Assembly (NCBI RefSeq): GCF_024521635.1
Contig: NW_026250405.1
Span: forward strand, 248,001-312,000
Origin: Tricharina praecox
Lineage: Eukaryota
DNA length: 64,000 nt
Direction: 5' to 3'
This document shows, in pieces, positions 11,401 through 25,184 of the stretch. Under the pieces are notes generated by a model that saw only the letters and a list, made by a program, of their open reading frames with translations, was not told the origin of the DNA and did not search any database. A program made the position numbers and the translations under genes. Within the stretch, counting starts at the first letter, position 1. Every line of letters starts with the position of its first letter.

Positions 11401-12170
11401 CGTACGATCCAATACAGCGAGTGAGCACTTGCGAAGTTCCGTTGCTTTCTCGCGATTTCTCATAAAGAAAACGTGACCGATTGGTAACTCTTTGTCACTG
11501 TCCTGCTTCTCTCTCTCGAGGAGCGTTTTATACACCAGTACTACTATTCGAACATGAGGCAACGGTTGGAGAAGGGGGCTGCTGCTGCAGTGCTCGGCGA
11601 GCCTCGAGCGTCTCTCATGAACCACACAAGATCTGGTTGCGTGGGGCGAAAGCTAGCTGGGGAAACTTCAAACAGGATATCATCTTCCCCCAGCCTAGTC
11701 TCCAGAGATCCGTCTGGTGACGGATGGATCATGGATGGATGGCCATGGCAAGTGGTGGTCGTGGCGTACGACAAAAACCCTTTTCTCAGTCATTCGGCGT
11801 CGTTTCGAACGAGTTGCTGTGTCTCGAACGGACGGCGGCCCCATCGAGGATCGCACAAGTCACAAGTCATGACCAAACCCATAACGACGAAAACACAAAT
11901 CTATTTGAAACCACACAACTCACGCAACTCCCTGATACGGTACCATGGAGGAAAGGACGAGGGAATGGCATCGCAGAAACTATTGTGCGTATTGAGATGG
12001 TCTTGGATGCACTCGTACTTAAGTATGCAATCACCCCCTGCTATAGTGTGATTATATTAGATGGAGAAATAAAGTTTCATTCGGAACGTCGCAACCTGCA
12101 ATCCGAGCGATATATCATGATTGGTTTGAAGCAACAAATAAGCATTCGCGTATTCCATTCCACCAGTCCA

Positions 12171-13652
12171 TCAAGCCTTCGGCAGCAACTTCGCCTTCCT
12201 GGCCTCATCAAAGACGTGCTCCCAGTCGGTAATAGTATCGACCGTGCCAAAGAAGCCCAAGCACCTCGCCTTCTCGGAGGCGATAACGAGGTTCCACTCC
12301 ATAGCCAGAATCCCATCCGCGAACTTCCAACTTGCGCCATCCCACACCTTCTGATTGAGGCCCTCACGGTCCCTCAGGCGCTCCCACGCCGCGATGACCT
12401 TAGGATCCCGTGCCCACTTGTCGAGGACGATGCGCAGATCCAGCGCCGACTTCGTCTTGCGGTCGAGCGGCCGCGGGTATGGCATTTCCATCTTCTGGCC
12501 GGCCCACTCGGCGGGGATCTCGGCGCTCGCGAATTGCACGTCCAGCGAGGCCATGGATGGGTCGACATTGAAGTTGGCCAGCATCGCGGGCCATAGCCGT
12601 GCCCACGTGGGTGCGTCGCCGTTTACCGCGTTGATGGATTGGTTCGCGCATTCGGGCGTCAGAACCGCCCACTCTTCGAGGTACGCCATCAGCAGCGCCG
12701 AGGACTGGATTTCGATGCTGTTGTATTTCTTCCCTGCTTGCGATTAGTGGGGCTGGAGTATATTTTTGGAGGTGGACCGTGGACGTACATGTTCCCGGGA
12801 AGAGGATCGGCCCGCCGAGCTCCTTCTGCACAGCGATGTACAGCCCAACCGCGATAGCCTCATTCATAAAGTTCCCTGCGACGGCACCGATGACGTTGCT
12901 CGGCCTCGCCTCGATCCACTCAAACCCATGCTTTCCCGCATACTCCTTCAGGATATCCTGCTGCCTATGCGCAACCCGTCAGCCAACCATCCCTCCGCCT
13001 ACATCACGCAGCCAACCCACCTATAATAAAAGTTCAACGTCCCAGCATACGGGCCATCATCGACCCTCAGATCCTCCTCCCTACAGGGCGCCATCACCTC
13101 ACCAAACTGGACGCCGTAGTGCTTCGCGCCAGTCTGTAGGACGACACGCTTACACCTCCCCTTCTGCAGTTGCTCGAGGGCGACCAAAAAGTCCTCGAGC
13201 ATCTTGCCGTTCTCGTCCCACATCTCCTTCTGCCCGCTCCACAAGCCTTCGTCGCTGTTCTCCTTGTACGTGGCAAAGAATACATAGTCGGCGTCCTTCA
13301 CGCCGCCTGCCTGCATCGCCGCGTGGATGCTCTCCGCGCCCCCCAGGAAGTCCGTGTTGATGTGCGTCACCCGTGGGTCGGCCGCGGACGTGCCCGCTGG
13401 CGGGGGTCGGCGGGAGAGCGCGTAGATGCGAGTCCATACCGTGGGGTGCGAGAGCAGGACTTTGAGGATGTGCTGGCCGGAGATGCCTGTGCTCGTTAGT
13501 TAGCCGCGAAGTCGGTGCCCACGCGGGGAGGGTATAGTGCCGTTCGCGCCGGTGACGATCGCGGTGAGGTTCCGGGCTGATGAGGGCAGTACTGGGAGGC
13601 CGTGGTACGGGCCGACGGAGTAGACGCTGGTGGTGGGGGTGGTGGAGGTCAT
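12171..13652 (-). CDS. PRISE-family (progesterone 5-beta-reductase/iridoid synthase-like, SirQ-like) short-chain dehydrogenase/reductase, 4 exons
   Basis: AIVTGANGISG, IYALSRRP, VVLQTGAKHYG, NFYYRQQD, FPG, NAVNGDAPTW and KARCLGFFGTVDT motifs after removing three short introns; intron 1 (13487-13540) needs a GC donor. Confidence 0.9.
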
Positions 13653-14878
13653 GATTGCTGTGCTGTAGATACAGTAGTAGGACTTGGGGCGGGCAATTCG
13701 GAATGATATAGATGCTCTGCTGTAAATCCGCAATGCGATAGACCTCGGTGGTGGTGGTCTGAACGGTTGATTTATCAGCAGTGGACGTTTCGGCACGCTA
13801 CGTCACCACTAAATCGCCCGGAGCGGTGACCACTTAGGGACCTACCGATGAGCATCTACCTACTTCGGTATTAATACCACCCGGTGAGAAGTGAAAGTAG
13901 GTACATCACGAAAGGGACTGCAGACAGTAGTTGCTTACATATCCTCAAGAGTCGAAATCCACATCGTGAGCTCCCTCGATGTTCCCTTGGCGTCGTTTCT
14001 CCCCCGCTCTACCCGGCCCGCGAAACACGCGGGACCGGCAGTGACAGTAACCATGTCCCGGCCTTCACCGGCTACTAGTAGCTAGGGCCGGAGTTCCGTC
14101 ATAGCAACGCCACCGACTGTGTTCCGCCGTGTCCGATAGCTACGTAGTGAGAGACCCACAACAGGTACGAGAAATGTGGAACGAGATTCAGAACAGAAAA
14201 GCAGCAATAGAAAACATTTCAACGTTCAACGACCGCATCGGGTCTCCCCTCCATAACACTTATTCCCACCAGGTCCTGCAAGGTCTCATCTCTCCGGCAC
14301 TCAGCGACGATACAAGCATTCTCTGCCCCCACGTCCCCTCAGTAAATGATTGCTTGCTTGCTTGCCAGGCGTGTACTCTAACGATACATGTGATGCACGC
14401 ATGGAAGCAAGTCGAGGTGGTCTGGGCACTTCCTCAGTTACGACACTTGTTCTATCACCTCTTGCGACTCAACTCGGAGAAGCTCAAACGTCACTGACCA
14501 GATATCACGGTAAACAAGTAATGATTGAGTTGTGATATATTGAATTACTCGTTCTTCGCCGTCCGTCATCATCTAACCAAAACCAAAACCCACATAATAC
14601 AGTAATGCTTCAAAATAATCCATCAAACAGAGTACCAAAAAAAAAAAATACAATCCCGCAACCAATATGTACAGCCGAAAATAAAATCATCCAAGTATCC
14701 CAAGTATCCCAATTATCCCAAAGCGGAGGCCCAAAAACGTGACTGGTGCCCCGCCGTATCTATATAAAAAAAGAGGCCAAAGAAAGAGAAGAAAATAAGA
14801 AATATCCCCCGCTAAAACGCCTTAGATGCAACAAACTCAACACACTTTTAGGTAGGAGGTAGGTAGGAAGGAGGCAAA

Positions 14879-16582
14879 CTACTCGAACCCGACCGAGTAC
14901 TTGTTCCTGAGGCGCTCACCGTAGCGCTGGAAGACGAACGGCATGGGCAGGAACAGCAGTGCGATGAAGCCAAGGAGGGAGTTACCCCAACCGAGTCCGA
15001 GGGCGTCATACATCCTCGGGCCAGCCAGGGGCAGGAGTGCGCCAAAGAGGGATCGCAGCACGGTGGTAGCGGCGAGGGCGGAAGCGGCGTACTTGGGGTA
15101 GCCGTCGACGATGTAGGTGTTGATGGGCATGAAGGTGGCGAGAAGACCTATGCCGACGAGCGCGGTGCCCATGATCGGCACGATCCAGTGCACCTCAAAC
15201 TTCGCCGTCCAGCCGTACCAGAACAGGCCGATGGGGATCAGGGGCGCGCCGTAGGACATGGGCGGAAGTCGGTACTCGGGCTTCATCACGCCGCCGGAGC
15301 GGATGGTGTAGTGCGCGAGAATGCGGTCGGAGACGATGCCGAGGACGAGCAGACCGAGAAGCGAGCCGATGCCGATGCCGAGGTAGGAGAGACCGACGGT
15401 AGAGGTGCTGAAGCCGTATTGTCCCTGGAAGACAGTGGGGAAGGTGGTGAAGAGCAGGTACAGGTAGCCGTAGACGATGGCCATGTGCAGGGACATGGTG
15501 AAGATCAGGGGCGAGGTGAAGAGCATCTTGAAGGGGCGGGCGAGGGCGCGGGAGAAGACCTCTCTGGGCGGGAGAGTGGACGTGAGCTTGGAGCGGAGCT
15601 TGGGGTTGCCGGTTTCCTTGCGGAGACGGGCGGCTCTGTCGCCGAGGATCTTTGGTGCGTAGGTCTCGCGGAGGAAGATGAGGGTCAGGACAGTGACGAC
15701 GCCGGAGCAGATGGTCAACAGCCAGAACACCCAGCGCCAGCCCATAGCATCGGCCAAGAAACCGCCGGCGACGGGACCGACGACGGGACCCATGAGAGGA
15801 CCCATGGCGAAGAGGGCCATGGCGACACCACGCTTCTCGACGGGGATGACATCGGAGATGGTACCACCACCGAGGGTAAGCGGAGCAGCACCGAAGGTAC
15901 CAGCCAGGAACCGGAAGCCGATCAAGAAGTTCAAGCTAGGCGCCAACGCGCAGCCGATCGTGCACAGAACGAAGCAGATGTTGGAGATGTTGTAGATGAT
16001 CGATCGTCCGTAAAGTTCGGAAGCGGGTGCAAGGAAGAGCGGGCCGACAGCGAAACCGAGAAGGAAAATCGAGACGACGAAGGAACCGAGCTCGACGTTG
16101 GTCGAGTGGAATTCGGCCATCAGGTCCTTGACACCGGGCGCGAACATGGACGATGCCAAGGGAGTGATGAAGGTGATTCCGCTGACGATGCCGACAGCGA
16201 CGTTTTTCCGCCATTGTGGCCAGTTCTAGAAATAATATTAGCATCCGATGCCAAAACAAGTCTAGGGGGTTGGAATCCATACCATAGGATTTTCCGGATC
16301 ATCGGGTCCGTCCCAAAAGACGATATTGGGGTCATTCTCCTCGGCCGGCTCGAGCTGATTCGCAGCATCATGAAGTGTACTGCCCGAAGCCGAGGAATCC
16401 TTCCTGTCGCGACCACTAAGTCCCTTCTCTAAATCGGCGCCTCCGAGGCCGCTCGCCTCTCCCTCCTCTTGTACCGGTGCGGTCTGCTGTCGGTTGATTG
16501 TTTGGGATCTTTTGAGTTCGCGCTCCACATCGAAGCCGCTGATGTTGGAAATGACCCGTTCGAGGTCGACGATCTCCGCCAT
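14879..16582 (-). CDS. MFS drug/polyamine:H+ antiporter (DHA1 family), 2 exons (intron 16226-16282)
   Basis: WDGPDDPENPM|NWPQWRK, APASELYGR, GGGTISDV, ETYAP and PEYRLP motifs; multiple TM segments. Confidence 0.95.
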
Positions 16583-19059
16583 GGTGTTTATTCTAATTCA
16601 AGTTCGTGATCGAGGTAAGGTAGGTATGCTGGTATGGATGGATGTATTCGTCTCGTCGAATGGGAAGCAGTCGATATCCGAGCTGTGTCTGTATCTGTAT
16701 GAAGCTGTTGCTGCTGTATGATACCTCCTCCATTCCGGGCGGAAATCGATTGTTCTTAAGCTTCGCTCCCACCGTCCCGGTTCGACGGCGATCCGGTTTG
16801 CACAGAATAGTTATCTAGCTTAGCTAGCTAGTCCGTTCGTTCCCAGTGGCGCGCGGACTGATCTTGAAAGCTACAAACCTGGCTATCGCCGAAACTCCGC
16901 ACGCTACCGCGGACAGACCTTTCACCGGATAACTCGGCAAATGAAGCCACTTTTTTCCAGGGAAGCCGTCTAGAAGCGTTATGTCAGCCCGGATCCTGGT
17001 CAGCCCTTTCTTTGCAACGGACACCGGAGTTATCTGTGCTGTACGTGGGCCGCCCGAGTAAAAAGTTTCGCACATGGCTTTCATAATATTCTCCCGACTG
17101 CCCGCGTCAGGTCGTCAAGCTCACCGAGCTGCGGAAGTCCTTCTCCCCTCCCCCCCAACACCCGCACCCGCCGAACATTTGTTACTCAGCAACCCCAGCC
17201 CAATCCTCAGCCTCCAGTCACACGGACCTCCGAATTCTCCGAACCCTGCCACAACCCTATCTCACCATGCTCCGGCAACGATCCGGCAACGATCCGGCAC
17301 GATGATGCTGGAAATACGCAATCTCGCCTGCCTGCCGCCTGCTCTGACTTGCCTATGGTACTTACATACCGATATGTACTTTGTATATGGGAAGGTACTT
17401 TATCTCCGCCGGGCGAGACGCGTTGCGACGAAATAAGTCCTCTTCAGTTCAGTTCAGCCAGAAACCGGTGGGTACATAGGTGCGATACTCCAAAATGAAA
17501 CCTCGGTGTACAGCGAAGCGCAAGATCGGACCTTGGCAGGAGGACGGTGCGTGCTGTACCGGTATCGTACGGTGAACGATGTGTATCCAGAATGCTACCG
17601 TATCCAACCGCACACTCCTCCTCGTCGTCGTCGCATCGCATCGCCTCGTCGCATCGCACGGCCAGCCGCGAAGCTTCCACACAGCTCCAGCAGCATCCGT
17701 CCGGACGCCGGACGACGCGGGTGGAACCATCACCCCGCTCTGCACTCTTAAACATGGTGGGAGGTTACGTCACCGCTCACGGAATCTGCGAAATCTGTGG
17801 ACACATGTAGTGTGGGCGCAGGTGGTGGTGGTGTGGTGGTGTGGTGGTGTTGTGGGCCACGACGCAGGGTGCCGGAATTCCGAAAGGTTCGCTGAAGGAG
17901 CAGAAACAGAAAAAGCTTGTTGCTGTCTTGTTTCTTATTTTTTTCGTTCGGCTAGGAGGTGCCGAAGAAACGACGGCGCCTGGCGCCAGGGCGAGGGAAG
18001 GGAAGGGAAGGAGGGGGGGCAACGGAAAGTCCGTCCGTCTGCCCACCCACCCACCAACTCTATTCCACGCGCGCTCGTTAAATCCGTCCGTCCGTCAGTC
18101 CGCCAACTCTATTTTCCTGAGACCCCCAACTTAAGTCCGCGCCCGCGTCCGTGTCCGCGTCCGACAGCTCCAGCCTTCATTCCTCTTGCTTGCGCTCGGG
18201 ACGCTGGAACCCAGATCGTGGTCTGGAACCACGAACAGCCGAGCCGAGACGAACGAAAGTTTGTCGCCTAACTGACTGACGGAATTCTGGCGCAGCCGAT
18301 CGCGGGATTTCGGCATTAGTTACTTCGCACTTTAGTCAAGGCATGCTTGCTTGCTTGGTTAGCTAGCTAGCCAACGGGAAGCGGAAGAGGAAGTGGAGGA
18401 GTCTCTGTCTCAGTCGCAGTCTTGACATCCCTGCGCACGTGGCCCCGCTCAGACTACATACATACACACATATCATACAGTCCGTGCCTTAAGGTCTAGT
18501 AGTCTTGCCGTCACTTCCGTAAGCTACATCTACAGGTGTGTATGACCTTGTATGTATAAGGTATGTGGAACACGGATTCGCAGGATCCCGAAGGAATGAT
18601 CGGAGTTTCCGGCTTCTGAGTCAGGGAGGCGAAGCAGATGGGGAAGAGCAAGACAAGCGAACGGAAACCTTAGGCAAGCTCAGGCAACTGCAGCCATAGA
18701 TACGCACGAGTAAGATCGCAGTTCGAGTATCTGCATTATGTACCTACATGGTACTTGGTATGATGGGCACGTTCGTCCGAACTTCCAACTTCCCAGTGCC
18801 TTCTCGGTACACACTGCCGTATCTACAGATTTAGAGTGGAGCACCAGGTAGTGAGATTCCGAGTCCCATCTCGTCTCGTCTCGTCCGTCTTCAAAATAAA
18901 GTCTGATATCGATAGAGTACCTACATCCTACCGTAGATGACATAATAATCCCGCACCGACCAGATCTCCAAAAACAACAGCCTCAAAAACAAGATCTCCC
19001 ATAGATATAAGAAACAGATCAACAGTCCAAACGCCACCCGCTAGAGCGAGTACAAATTA

Positions 19060-20799
19060 CTAACAACCATAAACCGCATCCGACCTCTCCTCGCCAGCGA
19101 GCGTAAAAGCGCCCTTCCCGCCCGTCCACGTCCACAGCCTACTCCTCAACCACCCCGCCCTCTCATCCCTCTCACCCCTCTCGCCCCGTTTCCCTCCCCT
19201 ACGCCTCCCCTCCGCCCCCGCGCGCCTCCTATTCTCCCTCACCAGCATGCCCCAGAACGCCATGTAACCCAGGATACTGACCGTAACACACGCGGCGGTG
19301 ACCGCGAGTGGTCTAGTATACTGTGGGGCATACTGTGGCGCAAACAGCTGTCCGGCGACAACGCCAGCCAGGTTTCCCCAGCCATTGATGCCGAGCGCGA
19401 TGGCGCGCTTCCCGGGCGCGCGGATGTTCCCCGAGATCCAGGCGACGGTTAGGGGCGAGGCGATGAAGCTGCCGGCCAGGAGGATGCACAGTGCCAGGTA
19501 GCGGGCTGTGAGGTAGGCTGGTGGGAGGAGGAGCGCGAGGAGGAGGCCGAGCAGGTTTAGGGACAGGCCGAAAAGGATGAACGGGATGCGCTGGTGGGTT
19601 AGGTCCGAGAAGTAGGTTACTATCCAGAGCGTGGTCGCGCCGAGGAGGAAGGGCGGGATGGACAGCGCGTTGGATGCGAGTGGAGTGTGCCCCAGCCCTT
19701 GCAGGATCAGCGGCAGGAAGATGCTGAATGCGGTCGCTGGCAGCGCAGACAGGATGTTGAGGCATAACAGCGCCCAGATCTTTGCGTCCGTGAACGCGGC
19801 GAAGACGTCGGTGCGGGAGAGGGAGGGCTCGCTCCCTGCGGCGCCGGCGTCGGTAGTAGAGCTCCTTCGGGACGGTTTCGCGAGCAGCGGGTGCGACGTC
19901 GCGGCTGCAGCCGACGACGGGCGCGAGATCGAGCGGTGGTGGAGAGCTGTCGGTGAGCGCCCCAGGCTGCCTTCGTCTTCGAGGGAGTCGTCCGAGTCCC
20001 CGTCGCCGTCGCCATCCTCCGAGCCCGAGGGTGGCACGGAATCGTAGTGCTCACTCCCCCCCGAGACCCCGTCCGACACCCGGTCCGCGAGCACCCGCTT
20101 CTGCGCGATCGCCCGCTCCTCCGGCGATAGCCACCACGCCGTCCCAGGCCCAGTCGGCAGCCATAGCAGCGTTATCACGGCCACGAGCGCGGTAAACACC
20201 CCCTCGAGTACAAACAGCACCTGGTAGCTATGCCACCCCCTTCCCTCCCCCTCCCCGCCAGCACCCCCGTCCCCACCCTCCTCGGTGGGAAAGATCGAAA
20301 ACACGACATAACTGAGCAGCCCCCCGAACGCGCCGGCGACCGCATACTGTCCATAGAACAGCCCCAGCCTCTGGGCGAACTCAAACCTCGTATAGAACAG
20401 CCCCAGATAGAAGACCGTCGCAGGATAAAACCCGGCCTCCAGCGCGCCAATACAAACCCTGAGTGTGATGAGCTGTGCACGCGTGCTCACAAACGCGGTG
20501 AGCAGCGTCAGTACGCCCCAGCCGATCATGACGCTGCCGACCCAGCGGCCGACGCCAACGCGCTTGCCGAGCGCGGCGCCGAGCGGCTGCAGCGATACGA
20601 ACGCGATGAAGAACGCGGTCACGGCATCGTTGAGGTCCGACGGCGAGAGCCCCGCGTACCGCGTGAACCCCCCCGTCTCCGCGTTGCCAATGTTGCTGCG
20701 GTCTAAGGAGTTGAGCAGGAAGAGCAACGCCAGAAACGGGAGAAGGTGCGTGTCATGCTGCCGGAGGATGTGGCGTGTGGTGGCCGCTGCGGCGGGCAT
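19060..20799 (-). CDS. MFS anion:cation symporter (allantoate/nicotinate permease-like)
   Basis: LDRSNIGNA, LRVCIGALEAGFYP, FYTRFEFAQR, LFVLEG and ENRRR motifs. Confidence 0.93.
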   Translation of the reverse strand: MPAAAATTRHILRQHDTHLLPFLALLFLLNSLDRSNIGNAETGGFTRYAGLSPSDLNDAVTAFFIAFVSLQPLGAALGKRVGVGRWVGSVMIGWGVLTLLTAFVSTRAQLITLRVCIGALEAGFYPATVFYLGLFYTRFEFAQRLGLFYGQYAVAGAFGGLLSYVVFSIFPTEEGGDGGAGGEGEGRGWHSYQVLFVLEGVFTALVAVITLLWLPTGPGTAWWLSPEERAIAQKRVLADRVSDGVSGGSEHYDSVPPSGSEDGDGDGDSDDSLEDEGSLGRSPTALHHRSISRPSSAAAATSHPLLAKPSRRSSTTDAGAAGSEPSLSRTDVFAAFTDAKIWALLCLNILSALPATAFSIFLPLILQGLGHTPLASNALSIPPFLLGATTLWIVTYFSDLTHQRIPFILFGLSLNLLGLLLALLLPPAYLTARYLALCILLAGSFIASPLTVAWISGNIRAPGKRAIALGINGWGNLAGVVAGQLFAPQYAPQYTRPLAVTAACVTVSILGYMAFWGMLVRENRRRAGAEGRRRGGKRGERGERDERAGWLRSRLWTWTGGKGAFTLAGEERSDAVYGC

Positions 20800-21272
20800 G
20801 GTGGGGATTTGTTGCGCGAGGCTAAGAGCGGGGATGGCGTTGCGTCACGCGTGTGGCACAGTGAGCCGCAACCTTGGCAACGGCGCATTTTTAGTATTCA
20901 CCACAAACGTGAGTGCATAAAGATCACGAATTCCATTCTCGTATAGAAGAGCCCTCTGAAGACAAAGCAATAAAAATAAAAAGTAATATCACAGCCAAAG
21001 AAATGACGATTCCCGCCCAAGAGAAAAAAGGAAATCCCATGTGCTTTATAATCGAGAAGGAAAGAAGAAAAAAAACGAGCCCAGCCCAGTCACTAATATC
21101 CTGCACTACCCTGACTGCCACCATGTCCCTCGCTTCCTCCCGTGCCGCCGGCTATGCCCCATGGCTGGCTAGTGCTGATGGCACTGAAGCCCGCAGGCGA
21201 GAATCCGCCGGGGCTGTAGCCACCGGGCGAAACAAGGTACGAGTTGGGACCTCCCGATCGCTTTTTTATGCG

Positions 21273-24200
21273 TTAGTCGAAATACTTCAAGCCTAAGGAA
21301 TTTTGCTTGCTCACCCTAAATCCACCCAACATCGAGTTGACACTCATTCCGCCAGAAGACTGTCCCTGCTGTTGCTGGGGCTGCGGCAACCTGACGCCCT
21401 GGTTTTGCGGAGGGGGCGGCGCAGGAGTGTATCCAGCACTGGCAGTAACCCAGTTCTCGCCGCTACCCTGCTGCCACACATTCTCGCCGATGGGAACCCC
21501 CACTCCACCCCCGATGACACTCTGGTTCCACTCCTTGCGCTGCTGGTGCAAGCCGACGTCGACACGTCCTCCCTTCATGGCCAACTCTTCGACACCGATG
21601 CGGAGACGCTCCAACACCTCCATCAGGCCTCCGACGACATTTTCGCTGAGGCTCCGGCATTCGTCGCCGACGCGTTTCAGTGCACCAGGAAGACGCTGCT
21701 TCACTCCCTTCATGCAGGCCGCTGCGGTGGCAGCGGGCGCCGTGACTCCGTTGGCCCGGGCATGCTCTTCGGCGACTTGAATCGCGAGCTGCGCCTCGAC
21801 CACACGGACGGCGGGAGCAGATCGGAAATCCATCGCCAGCTTGATCAACGCAACTATCTCACCAAGAGTGGAAACGGCTTCAGCGAGAGCTTGAACGTTC
21901 TCCTGTGCGACCGTGTAGGAAGTCGGCGACTCGGCGTTGGGAAGGGGCAGCGTGTTCTCGTCGAAGAACTTGCGAAGCAATGTGGGTTGGATCGAGGGCG
22001 GGAACTGCCACACAACACCCCAGACAGCCTCAAGGACTTCGCCGTAACGCTTGCGCAGACCTTCGACGACCTGCTCGCCGACACGGTCAACGCAGCTGCG
22101 GTGTTCCGCGACCCGCTTTCCGCGCTCGATCTTGCTCCGGATTTGCCGCTCCTGCTCATCGATCCAGTAACGGCGCTCGGCATCCGCGGCACGCACCGTC
22201 TCGCCAGCCTGCAGAAGCGGACCGACGGAGATCTGAAGGTAACGGGCGTTTCGCTCGGTAACGAGAGACTGAAGGACGTGTTCGTGCTGCTCCATTGTGA
22301 CGTGAAGCTTGTTGAGGAGATCGATAGCTTCGAGCAGGAGATGGTACTCCAGTGCCGTTCCAGTACCTCGGGTATCCTGTGCGGTGACGGTAAATAACCA
22401 GTTCTTGACCTCCTCATACCACCGGCCACCGAGATCCTCGAGCTGCGTCTTGACCTCCTTGTAAGCCACTTCGACGTACTCGTTTTCGAAGATCGAGTAG
22501 ATCTCGGAATCGAGCTCCATCTTGTTCTTGGCCTCCTCGTGCTCGAAAGACTCCCGCATCCGCTCGATATCAGCAAAAGTGTAACGACCACTATTGTACG
22601 CGGTGGTGGTATGGCTCTGGTTCAACTGGGCGCGTTTCATGGCATTCTGCTGGAACACATTGATCCGGTTATTCGTCTTCTGCTCCAGCATCTTTCTCGC
22701 GTTGTCGAGGTACTGGTCAACGGGTGCCTGGTTGACAGCCTTATCCAGCGCAGCATATGCCATGTGGAGGAACGGCGGAATGTCTGCGATGATCTCCCCA
22801 TCGTCCTTGCTCTTCGCCTTCGTAAATGACAAGATAACCGCAGAAAGCCCCTTCGTGTCTACTGGGCGGTCCTCCTCGTAGTCGAATTCCTGCCGCTTGG
22901 GGAACGGGAAGGGGTACGGTGTTCCACCGGCAAGTCCCATATCAATTCTGTTCTCCGCCCGTGAGACGGAGGCCACAGTGGACGCATCATCCTCAAACTT
23001 GCGGCGGGTACTGGGGTCGATTCGGACAGCGGTAACATGCGGCATAGGACGCGGCATGAGGAGCTCAAGCTCGACCTTGGTGGCTGCGGCAATCTGCTCA
23101 ACGGTGGGCGTTGGTGAGGGTGTATCGTCGCGGTAGTTGTCCGGAGGTTCGGGCATCCCACCATAGCCTCCGTGAGAAGATCCGTGGTGGCTTTGTGAGT
23201 GATGGTACTTATCGCTTCCGAACTCGTCCAGACCTCCCAAATTGGGTGGCGGTGGCAGTGGCTGCATTCCCTCGTAGCCGACGCTATTTCCCTGGTGTTT
23301 CTTACCGTGGTAGGCATGTCGGGGCTCCTTTGGTTCTGGGGGTGGTGCCCTCATCGCCGCAACTTGACGGCTCCGTGCAACCTCCTCCAGGCCGGCCCAA
23401 TCCCGGTAGAGTCTCATCCGTTGATCGCCCAAGAGACTCAATTGTTCCTTGCTACCTGGCGCATTGTAAGAGTTCATCCTGAGGTTCTCGGCCTTCTCGG
23501 CAACGATGATATCCTCGGTCAGATACATGGCAAAGTTCAAAAGCGCATTGACATGAGTTGACGGAAGGCTAGGAAGGAGATCTGAGAATGTTGCAAACAA
23601 CGCTTCCTGGCTGCCGATGCCTCTCTTGGAATGATCATGGTGTTGTGTGGTCCCCGGTAATGGCATGTGCGGGATATCCGGAGTCGGACTCTCGCTAGGG
23701 TTAGTGACATTCTCGACATCATCCGGCACTACCGCTTCGAGAGGGCTAGCGGCGTGAGACTGGGGCTTCTGATAGTTCTGCGAGTAACTATTACCACCTC
23801 CATTCTCATATCCAGTGTAGACTGGGTGGGCCGGCATCTGAGGCGGGTCGGGTTTCCGCACAGGCGGTGCAGGTCCAGAGACAGCGGCAGTGTCGTCTAC
23901 CCATTGACCACGCATCACGCTCTCCCTCGTACCAATGTTTCCAGTAGGACTCGTAGCTTGAGTGAGAGGCGAAGTGACGTGACCACTGGGGAATCGCGGA
24001 TTTGACGTTCCAGAGTTCCCAACGGATGGCGGCGGGACGGGCTTCGAGTACAAGTATCCCCCCAACCCGACTTCTGCGGGACTTCTCTGCTGTGAACCCG
24101 GCTGAGCCGGCGATTTGACGAACTTCTCAGGCGAGCGACCAACATTGCCAACATTGCCAGCAGGCGGCCGCCTTAGCTGTTGCATCTGCTGGGTTGGGTT

Positions 24201-25104
24201 GACGCTGCTCTGCTGCTGATTCTGCTGCCCGTCCAATCCCAATCCCACACCAGACCCTTTTTCTTTCCTGAGAGGCGCGCCAGTCTCGTCCTTGTCCCCA
24301 CCTCTCGGTCGGTATTCAGGAGGAATCGGATCATCGCCCTCGGCGCTACCGGGTCGTTCCATCTTGCCCAATCCACTGGAACCACTAGAACCACGGGGAC
24401 GTGCACCCAAAGGCGGGGGTCCCCGGCTCTGCTCTTGCGTCTTCCGTGTTGGTTTCCGAGTCAAGAACCCGGTCGGAGTTCCGCCATCATTGGCCTCCCC
24501 ACGAGTATCCCCCACACTCTTGCCCATCAATGGAATTCCCATAAACCCCTTATATCCTGGGGCACCAGCTCCGAGGGCGATTCCTTTGATGAAGCCTCCA
24601 GGGGGTCCTCTCTGACCACCGTTATCGCTAACGGGTGTGTCGGGCGGAGGGCAGGACGGTGCCGGCGGAGGAGCCGGCCCGTCACTGACAGGTGTGAGAA
24701 GCGGCGGCATCATGTACCGCTGGGGCTGCGGTTGGTTCATATCACGGCCATGCTGGGGAGGTGAATCAGCGTTGGGATGAGGAGGTGGTGATGGCGCAGA
24801 TTGCTGTTGATGATATTTGCGGGGAGGCGAGTATGGTTGTTTCGGGCCGGAAGTTCCGGTTTGTGAACCGTGTGGCGAACCATTGTATTGCGAGCCCCGG
24901 TGCGTCCGCTCTTGTGGACTTCTTTGACCCTGTCCTCCTCGCGCTTGCTGCTTCGGACTGTTTCCTGAGTTGGAACCTTGCCCAAAGGACACCTTTCGCT
25001 CTCGCTCTTGTTGGGGGCTTTGTTGCTGATGTCCTGGCGAACGCTGGCCTCCGGTGTAAGACTGAGAAGTCTCTTCCTCTTGTTGCTGATACCGCTGCTT
25101 CTGC

Positions 25105-25148
<44 letters not shown>

Positions 25149-25149
25149 A

Positions 25150-25184
<35 letters not shown>

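Noticed and set aside
15188..16432. 414-aa plus-strand ORF (similar cases at 21303-22397, 39692-40897, 56318-57304)
   Set aside because: Antisense shadows of real genes with biased codon usage.
12171..20799. Secondary-metabolite cluster (reductase plus two MFS transporters)
   Set aside because: No backbone synthase or cluster regulator in the window.
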